Assembly: GCA_046861395.1 (NCBI GenBank)
Contig: JBHHUC010000019.1
Location: 1 to 35,941 of the forward strand
Reading direction: 5' to 3'
Length of the DNA stretch: 35,941 bases
Source: Fidelibacterota bacterium
GTDB lineage: Bacteria; Fidelibacterota; Marinisomatia; Marinisomatales; JABMOV01
This document shows, piece after piece, positions 29,769 to 35,941 of this stretch. A program made the position numbers and the translations under genes. The notes beneath the pieces are model-generated. The model ran no database searches, was not told the DNA's origin, and saw only the letters and a program-made list of their open reading frames with translations. Numbering within the stretch: the stretch's first letter is position 1; every line of letters starts with the position of its first letter.

Positions 29769-29860
29769 TTGATTCTCCGACTTTGTTATTGGTGCTTAAT
29801 GGATGGCAGTGACGGAGAATGGTTACACCGTTTCATAAGATGGGTCTTAGCCATGACATT

Positions 29861-30685
29861 TCATTCGGTTGCTGGAAAGAGATGGACATCGCGTTGCGGA
29901 AAGGGCAGCGTAATCTTTTCCTGATCGAAGCGCAGCTTGATATCTTCATTCAGACGAAACTTCACCGGCCAGTAGTCAGCGGCTTTCACCCAGGGACGCA
30001 CCGTCAATTCGACGCAGCTTTCGCCCAGGTTGGCAACGGCCACTAAAGGAGCCGGGTCTGACAAGATTTCCGGGTACGAAGAAAGGATATCCAGGATGAC
30101 ATCTCTGGCGTTCTGAATCGAATCGTCGTAACTGATCCCGACCGTCAGATTGATTCGGCGCCGGTCTTCGGCGGAATAGTTGGTAATATTATCATTCAGC
30201 AACTTGGAATTGGGAACGATTACCCGTGTATTGTCAACCGTAAGCAGGACGGTATTGAGGACCTGGATTTCCTTGACCGTACCGCCCACGCCGGCGCCCT
30301 GGATATAATCTCCGATCTTGAAGGGACGAAAAATCAGCATGAGAATCCCGGCTGCGAGATTAGAAAGTGATCCCTGGAATGCCAAAGCAATGGCCAGACC
30401 GGCAGCGCCCAGGATGGCGATGAAGGATCCGGTCTGAATCCCCAATTGTCCCAGAGCGGATATCAGTGTGAAAACCAGAACGATTACATAGGCCAGGTTG
30501 GCGGTAAAGGACGTGATGGTTTCATCTATGCGGGATTTTTGCAGGGCGCGCGTTGTTCCTTTTTTCAGCAGGGATGCCACCATCCGCCCCAGAATGATAA
30601 TGATGACGGCCCACAGCAGGTTCAGTCCGTAGCCTGTAATGATTTTTGTCATGGTTATCCCCAATTGCTGGAAATCAACATGCAT
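29861..30685 (-). CDS. mscS: Small-conductance mechanosensitive channel
   Basis: Three TM segments, GAAGLAIALAFQGSLSNLAAG, RPFKIGD, IVPNS, PFPQRDVH. Confidence 0.93.
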   Translation of the reverse strand: MHVDFQQLGITMTKIITGYGLNLLWAVIIIILGRMVASLLKKGTTRALQKSRIDETITSFTANLAYVIVLVFTLISALGQLGIQTGSFIAILGAAGLAIALAFQGSLSNLAAGILMLIFRPFKIGDYIQGAGVGGTVKEIQVLNTVLLTVDNTRVIVPNSKLLNDNITNYSAEDRRRINLTVGISYDDSIQNARDVILDILSSYPEILSDPAPLVAVANLGESCVELTVRPWVKAADYWPVKFRLNEDIKLRFDQEKITLPFPQRDVHLFPATE

Positions 30686-30709
30686 AATGCCTCCCGGTTA
30701 TGATTGGAT

Positions 30710-31858
30710 TTAATACAGTTCGTATTTGACCAGGCGCCCATCAAGCCCGCCGTTCTCCAGTGGGATTTTCCGGTTGGGTCGAAGACCCACCTGTTTTATA
30801 AGGGATCGATCACCGAAATAAATAAAGGCGGTGGAGCCGCTGCATTTCTGCTTCAGAAAATCACCTACGTTGCGGTAAAAGGACACCTTGTCAAAATCTT
30901 TTGCCATGCGCAGACCGTAGGGCGGATTACAAATAATGGTTTTCCCTTTCAGGGCATCATGGCGGAAAAAGTCCTGGGGCTTGACAGTGACGAATTGTTT
31001 CGCAGCCAGTGCTTCCAGATTAACTGCGCTGGCCCGGACGGCCATATGGGACAAGTCGCTGCCAGAGATCAATCCAGCCTTGATGGGTCGAAGCCCGGCG
31101 TCATACTTTTTCTTTACCTTCTGCCAGGTGGCGTCATGAAAGTCCGGCAGCCGCATAAAACCGAAGCGCCGGCGCAAGGTAGCTGCAGGCATCCGGGTGG
31201 CAGCCATGTAAGCTTCACACAGGATGGTACCCGAACCGCAGAAAGGGTCGATGAGAGGTGTAGCCTTATTCCAGCCGGAGAAGGCAATCATGGCAGCCGC
31301 TACCGTTTCCTGCATGGGGGCTTCTACTACTGCTTTGCGGTAGCCGCGCCGATGTAATGATCCCCCGGACGTATCAATACTGAGGGTCGCCTTGTTATTC
31401 ATGATGTAGAGATGGATCCGAACATCGGCTGAGCGAGTATCGACGGATGGTCGTTGGCCCGTTTTACGGCGGAACCGGTCGGCAATGGCATCCTTGACTT
31501 TCAGGGCGGCAAATTGAGAATGGCGTATGGTGCTGTTTCCCACGGAACCATAGACAGCAAAAGTATCGGCCGATGTGAGAAAATCTTCCCAGGGAATGTC
31601 ATAGGCTGTTTTGTACAATATTTTTTCGTCGCGACAATCGAATACAATCAGCGGCGCCAGAATACGATTGATGAGGCGGGTATTATAGTTAATGGCATAC
31701 ATGATGGCCGGGAGAGCCGTAAAGAACAAACCCCGGTAGGTGACCTTGATGTCATCTGCCCCCAGTTGTTGCAATTCCTGCCGGGCCAGTGTTTTAACAT
31801 CCTCACCGGTCTGGGCGAAATAGCGGTTATCGCGCTGATATAAATAGGGTGCTGTCAC
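30710..31858 (-). CDS. THUMP-domain SAM-dependent RNA methyltransferase (RlmL/YpsC-like)
   Basis: THUMP domain, SLHRRGYR, APMQETVAA, DPFCGSGT, NPPYG. Confidence 0.9.
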   Translation of the reverse strand: MTAPYLYQRDNRYFAQTGEDVKTLARQELQQLGADDIKVTYRGLFFTALPAIMYAINYNTRLINRILAPLIVFDCRDEKILYKTAYDIPWEDFLTSADTFAVYGSVGNSTIRHSQFAALKVKDAIADRFRRKTGQRPSVDTRSADVRIHLYIMNNKATLSIDTSGGSLHRRGYRKAVVEAPMQETVAAAMIAFSGWNKATPLIDPFCGSGTILCEAYMAATRMPAATLRRRFGFMRLPDFHDATWQKVKKKYDAGLRPIKAGLISGSDLSHMAVRASAVNLEALAAKQFVTVKPQDFFRHDALKGKTIICNPPYGLRMAKDFDKVSFYRNVGDFLKQKCSGSTAFIYFGDRSLIKQVGLRPNRKIPLENGGLDGRLVKYELY

Positions 31859-31939
31859 CGGGTGGGGCAGGGACGTGAAAATGGGTTCTGTGAAAGAAAT
31901 GGCATGGTGGAATTTAGCGCCGTCCCGGTGCAGGTAGTG

Positions 31940-32596
31940 TTAAAACCGACTGACAATTTCTTCGAGGGGCAAACGGGTCAGGCGGGGTACAACGGTTCCA
32001 TCCGCCGGATAGCCACAAACGAGGATCATGTAGGGGCGTTCGGAAGCGGGACGGTCCAGTATATCGTTGAGAAAGCCCATGGGACTGGGAGTATAGGTGA
32101 GCGTAGCAACACCGGCCAAATGGAGGGCAGTGATCAGGATTCCCGTGGCCAGTCCCACTGATTCAACCGGATAGTAGGTTTTGTGCGGTTGGCCTTTCCA
32201 AAGCACCGCTTTTTTCAGGTTTACTACAATGAGGCAGGGAGCAGAATCGAGGAATGATTTATGTTCATCGGTACCCAGGGGCCGTAAGACGTCAAGCCAT
32301 TCTTCCGGAGCGCGTTCGGAATAAAATTCTCGCTCATTTGCCTCAGCTTGCTGGCGAATTTGCTGGCGAATTTTCGGATCCCTCACGACTACAAAATGCC
32401 AGGGTTGAAGATTAGCACCACTGGGAGCAGTTCCGGCAGCGGCAATAGCATAATCAATGACTTCATTCGGAATCGCATCGGGCGCGAAGGTACGTACGGT
32501 ACGACGGGCGGATACTTTGGTGTAAAATTCCTTGGCGGCCTTGATCATGTCCTGCTCAGGTTTCCTTTTGAACTGTAAGTGTATTGGTGGTTTCAT
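31940..32596 (-). CDS. Nitroreductase-superfamily flavoprotein, iodotyrosine deiodinase (IYD)-like
   Basis: RRTVR, APSGANLQPW, AEANEREFY (ExxxY), WLDVLRPLGTDEHK, YYPVESVG, TLTYTPSPM, VCGYPA. Start ATG 32596 or 32602; the AT-rich extension to 32662 is unlikely. Confidence 0.85.
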   Translation of the reverse strand: MKPPIHLQFKRKPEQDMIKAAKEFYTKVSARRTVRTFAPDAIPNEVIDYAIAAAGTAPSGANLQPWHFVVVRDPKIRQQIRQQAEANEREFYSERAPEEWLDVLRPLGTDEHKSFLDSAPCLIVVNLKKAVLWKGQPHKTYYPVESVGLATGILITALHLAGVATLTYTPSPMGFLNDILDRPASERPYMILVCGYPADGTVVPRLTRLPLEEIVSRF

Positions 32597-32952
32597 AATC
32601 ATCCTAGATATTTCCATGAAATTAAGGAAAAAGAAGAGAAAATAAATCCAGCGGTTTATCAATTTTCATTCTTTTATTCTTTCAAATAGGCCAAGAAATA
32701 GAAAATCAATCTATAAAGAGGGGATGATAAATTCACTTTCTGGAATTCTCCGGTTTTGCTGATCCTATTGTTTGGTCTGTCCGGCATCATGCAAAGGATC
32801 CGTCCAGGAAAGAATTGAAGATTAAAGGACTGGGATTTATAGATGATATCCTTGTTCGGTCGAAATCATCGGATCTCAGGAGGAAGTGGTGGTAGTGAGG
32901 AGGTGTTCGTCAGCGCGGGACAGCGTTCAAATATATTTCAGTTTTTGCTTTT

Positions 32953-33261
32953 TTACTTTGGGGCTGGTAAAGCACGTTCGGTCATTTCCAGTAACATGCT
33001 CAACCAGTCCCTGTCCTCAAGTTTTTCCTCCACCACCAGCGCCGGTTTTCCACCAGGGTAGGGCGGTGCTTCGGGAAGGTTCGGGGCAAACTCTATCCCG
33101 GCCGTTGTCTTTTTGACATAAAGAATATTGGCACAGACCAGAGCCACAACCTTGTTGTTGATATATATGGCATATTCACCAAACATTTTCCGGTAGCGTA
33201 CCGGATAGGGACTTTCGATCTGATCGACAATATAGATCACTGTTTGTTCGTCACTGCCCAT
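32953..33261 (-). CDS. TfoX/Sxy N-terminal domain protein
   Basis: MGSDEQTVIYIVDQI...RKMFGEYAIY...LVCANILYVKKT...PPYPGGKP; overlaps the sulfotransferase stop. Confidence 0.85.
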   Translation of the reverse strand: MGSDEQTVIYIVDQIESPYPVRYRKMFGEYAIYINNKVVALVCANILYVKKTTAGIEFAPNLPEAPPYPGGKPALVVEEKLEDRDWLSMLLEMTERALPAPK

Positions 33262-34381
33262 GGGCGTCCAATCCAATATCTACCACACCGTCAGGTTGAT
33301 AACCCCATCTCCGGATCGATTCACCCCAGGCCTTTTCAATCTTTTCTACTTCTACCGGTGTGAGTGTATAATGATTCTTCTGATAATCCTTTTGGGAATC
33401 CAGATAGGCCGAAAACGCAGGCCGGGCTGTTTCGAACCCCGGCAGGTTCAATGCTTGGTATATTCGCTCAAGTTCAACCAGGGGATGCTTTTCAAAGTTC
33501 TCAAAACGCATTTCGACCAGTTGTTCGGGAGGAATCAGGGATTTATCTTTTTCGTACCGTTTCAAGATCATCCTGTAGATGTCCAGGATTGCCGCATCCA
33601 TTTCCTCGGACGAAATATCCCGAAACTGCCAGTCCCGGATGTAGGCCCGGTAGAAATTCCGGATGGAGGGAAACATGACATAGGGATTACGTGTGATGAA
33701 AATGAATCTGGCATCTGGAAAGAGATCCAGCAGGAGGGGGACCCGGGCGGTATCAGGCGGATTCTTGATAATCAGTGGTTTGCCACCGTTCGCCAGGGTG
33801 CAGGCCTGCAGGAGGGTGCGATAGGCCGGGCCCCAGCGCCGTTGCGCTATTTCTCCGTTGGGACCGTTGAACAGAACCGATTCCTCCACCGTTTCCAATA
33901 AACGGTCGGGCCAACAAAATCCCTGATAAAATCCCAGGGGCAGTTGATTTCCCAGGGCGTGTTCTGGTTCTTCCGGTGATTCCGGAGTGACACGGAGGTT
34001 GTCCATGGGACGTTTGTCATGGAGGAAGAGACTGAACAGGTTCCGAACCGGCCGCCCCAGAAAGAAGAGATCTGGCACCAGGGCTTGGGTGGTGGATAAA
34101 TATCCCCACTGGGAATCCTGCGTGATCACATTCATGAAATGAGTACCACCGCAACGATAGTGTCCAAGGACAAAAATCGGTGGTATAGTTATGGGTGTTT
34201 TATGAATCTGGGAGTTAAAAAGCAGGCGCTGGAGGCCACGCAGCGGGGTAAAAAGCAGGGTCATGAAGGTGACGTAGATCGCCCGCGGCAGATAATGAAC
34301 CTCCACGGGAGGATATTTTGCTAATAACTGCAACCAGCTCCGGAAAGTGCCTCCGGCAAGGGGATTTTCGGCGATTTTCAT
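33251..34381 (-). CDS. Sulfotransferase-family protein (Sulfotransfer_3 / Stf3-like)
   Basis: PIFVLGHYRCGGTH (5'-PSB-like), RPMDN, PEEPE, IIKNPPDTAR, FIFITRNPY...S (3'-PB), RFENF, YQKN. Confidence 0.82.
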   Translation of the reverse strand: MKIAENPLAGGTFRSWLQLLAKYPPVEVHYLPRAIYVTFMTLLFTPLRGLQRLLFNSQIHKTPITIPPIFVLGHYRCGGTHFMNVITQDSQWGYLSTTQALVPDLFFLGRPVRNLFSLFLHDKRPMDNLRVTPESPEEPEHALGNQLPLGFYQGFCWPDRLLETVEESVLFNGPNGEIAQRRWGPAYRTLLQACTLANGGKPLIIKNPPDTARVPLLLDLFPDARFIFITRNPYVMFPSIRNFYRAYIRDWQFRDISSEEMDAAILDIYRMILKRYEKDKSLIPPEQLVEMRFENFEKHPLVELERIYQALNLPGFETARPAFSAYLDSQKDYQKNHYTLTPVEVEKIEKAWGESIRRWGYQPDGVVDIGLDAHGQ

Positions 34382-34887
34382 TTCCTGTCAATTTACAGTG
34401 GTTCCTATCAATTCGAAAAAGAATTAGCGATAAAAAATTGATAAAACCACACGCGATCCGGCAGTCGTGTGATAAACAAAGATGTACATGCATTCCTGCA
34501 GTGGTGGCCGTGCCAGGAAGATCAGCAGGCCATAGAGATGCCTGGAGAAGAAAGAGAAGTGATAAAATCAAAAGATGGTTATTATTCATTTTGACCCCCT
34601 GTCTAACGCGGGCACATAATACTATTTTTTAAGAACAACAATTTCAGGATGAAAAGACGAACCAAATGGTATCAGTGTTGCCTGGATAATTTTCGTTATA
34701 CTCCCACTTTGGAGTGGATTGACCGTGTCAATCCATTCAGTAATATGGTTGGTGGAGTCCATGGCCATTAATACGGTTAATGGAGTCCATAGCAGTGTAT
34801 TATTGGTAATCCGCGAATACGTACTGCAGGTTGTGAACCCCCGCCACTTGTCAAGCACGTAGAGGTTTGAAGTGGACCCCAAAAACT

Positions 34888-34915
34888 ACCTGCCCATCGT
34901 AGGAACGTAGATGGG
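34888..34915 (+). repeat. Short hairpin insert 1 (inside the IS3 left terminal repeat)
   Basis: ACCTG + CCCATC-N11-GATGGG separates AAAAACT from GGACAG; boundaries inferred. Confidence 0.6.
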
Positions 34916-34966
34916 GACAGTGGCTTAGTGTAAATTCTGCTTATTCCAAAATCAAAAGGAATAGCA

Positions 34967-34996
34967 CCTGCCTGCCGGAGCCTTGGCGCAGGCAGG
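34967..34996 (+). repeat. Short hairpin insert 2 (between the orfA SD and start codon)
   Basis: CCTGCCTGC-CGGAGCCTTGGC-GCAGGCAGG, perfect 9-bp stem, 30 nt. Confidence 0.8.
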
Positions 34997-34999
34997 GAA

Positions 35000-35335
35000 A
35001 TGAGTAAGAAAAGACGAAACCATTCAGCCGCATTTAAAGCCAAAGTAGCCCTGGATGCTATCAAAGGTGATAAAACCTTGAGTGAATTGGCTACTCAGTA
35101 TTCACTTCATCCCAACCAAATCCAACAATGCCTGCCTGTCGTAATGACAATGCAGACAGGGAAGAAGAAATTGTTGGAAGGTTCAAAAGATATATTCGGT
35201 TCTTCCGAAAAAGTGCGTAAGGATACCGAATCTGAGATCAAAGAACTCCATGCTAAAATTGGTCAGCTTCCCGATGGGTCGGGAGAACGGGATTTTTTAG
35301 CCACCTGTCCCTTCGGGAAAGCGTTTGGTCGTTAA
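35000..35335 (+). CDS. IS3 transposase OrfA (HTH), carrying three in-frame insertions
   Basis: RRNHSAAFKAKVALDAIKGDKTLSELATQYSLHPNQIQQ, ELHAKIGQL, ERDFLA...KAFGR*; 111 aa, 93 aa after removing the inferred inserts. Confidence 0.9.
   Translation: MSKKRRNHSAAFKAKVALDAIKGDKTLSELATQYSLHPNQIQQCLPVVMTMQTGKKKLLEGSKDIFGSSEKVRKDTESEIKELHAKIGQLPDGSGERDFLATCPFGKAFGR
35131..35160 (+). repeat. Short hairpin insert 3 (splits the Trp codon of the OrfA HTH)
   Basis: CCTGCCTG-TCGTAATGACAATG-CAGACAGG, 7/8-bp stem, 30 nt; removal gives CAA CAA TGG AAG AAG (QQWKK). Confidence 0.85.
35269..35284 (+). repeat. Short hairpin insert 4 (orfA leucine-zipper region)
   Basis: TCCCGA-TGGG-TCGGGA perfect 6-bp stem; gives GQL-PDGSG-ERDFL where IS3 OrfA usually has two residues. 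Confidence 0.65.
35293..35299 (+). other. -1 ribosomal frameshift heptamer joining orfA and orfB
   Basis: T_TTT_TTA is in the orfA register (GAT TTT TTA); the -1 frame is open from here into orfB. Confidence 0.65.
35303..35318 (+). repeat. Short hairpin insert 5 (just after the slippery site)
   Basis: ACCTG-TCCC-TTC-GGGA; removing 15 nt gives ERDFLA-KAFGR*. Confidence 0.75.
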
Positions 35336-35941
35336 GCCTGGAGGAACGCAGAACCATGATACTAGACGATCAAACACTCCCCAAGACGACCAAGTGTGAT
35401 TTGCTATCTGTCAACCGATCCAGTCTGTATTATCATCCCACAAGTAGTTCTCCTGATCCTGAGGAACAAACACTCTGTTTTCTCTTGGACAAATTGCACA
35501 TGAAGTATCCCTGGATGGGGAGTCGCAGTTTACGGGACCAGATAAATCGTAGTGATGAAATAGATATCATTGTCAATCGTAAACGTATTCAACGGTTAAT
35601 GAGGATGATGGGGATTCATTCCACGGCACCAAAACCCAATACCAGTCAACCGGGTAACCAGCATAAGATCTTTCCATATCTTCTCAGGAACGTTACGATT
35701 GATCATCCGAACCAGGTTTGGTGTACCGATATCACATACGTCCCGATGGCCAAAGGATTCCTCTATCTGGTGGCCATTATGGATTGGCATAGCCGTAAGG
35801 TATTAAGTTGGCGGCTATCCAATAGTCTGGACACAGCATTCTGCATTGATGCATTACAGGAAGCATTGGTCAAATACGGAAATCCGGAAATCTTCAATAC
35901 GGATCAAGGTGCTCAGTTTACCAGTGAGGATTTCACCAGCA
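35332..35941 (+). CDS. IS3 transposase OrfB (integrase-core/DDE), 3'-truncated by the window; not in the ORF track
   Basis: LSLEERRTM...CDLLSVNRSSLYY...MGSR...NRKRIQRLMRMMGI...YLLR...PNQVWCTDITY...YLVAIMDWHSRKVLSW...PEIFNTDQGAQFTS; no stop to the window end; ATG 35356 has a GGAGGA SD. Confidence 0.93.

Larger units (their letters stand above)
34868..35941 (+). mobile_element. IS3-family insertion sequence, left part (runs off the window end)
   Basis: Terminus TGAAGTGGACCCCAAAAACT...GGACAG, orfA (HTH) and orfB (DDE) in -1 relative frame, T_TTT_TTA slippery site. Confidence 0.9.

Noticed and set aside
32603..32952. Possible small gene or ncRNA between IYD and tfoX
   Set aside because: Only short frames without a convincing start or family motif, and no stable structure I can support by eye.
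1..35941. CRISPR array, tRNA or rRNA genes
   Set aside because: No regularly spaced identical repeats or tRNA/rRNA signatures seen. The IS3 hairpins differ in sequence and spacing and are not a CRISPR array.

Overview
Bacterial chromosomal window, by gene content from the FCB superphylum and most likely a Marinimicrobia/Calditrichaeota-like lineage (inference from the YPNPFNP...KKMVLLK C-terminal domain, fused ccoNO and DksA type). Left to right: the 3' end of an outer-membrane-type gene; a 1382-aa secreted modular protein (split FN3 repeats, adhesin-like inserts, dockerin, cohesin-like, FlgD/T9SS-type tail); an HtrA/DegP protease; a housekeeping run ileS-dksA-lspA-rluD-xerC-pckA-hpf(frameshifted)-nucleotidyltransferase-metK-ahcY; a complete cbb3 oxidase cluster (hemerythrin-like gene, DsbD_2/TauE, ccoI, ccoS, ccoNO, ccoQ, ccoP, ccoG, ccoH) facing an Rrf2 regulator plus heme A synthase; PAP2, thioredoxin, MscS, THUMP methyltransferase, an iodotyrosine-deiodinase-like flavoprotein, TfoX and a sulfotransferase; and the left part of an IS3-family element. 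The most unusual signal is in that IS3: about 450 bp of its left end and orfA carry five different short hairpin inserts, four starting CCTG[CT]C. The three coding inserts all keep the reading frame, and removing them restores a canonical IS3 terminus, ribosome-binding site and OrfA. Also notable: hpf is split at an A_AAT_TTT slippery heptamer, and IleRS has the GVHH signature variant.
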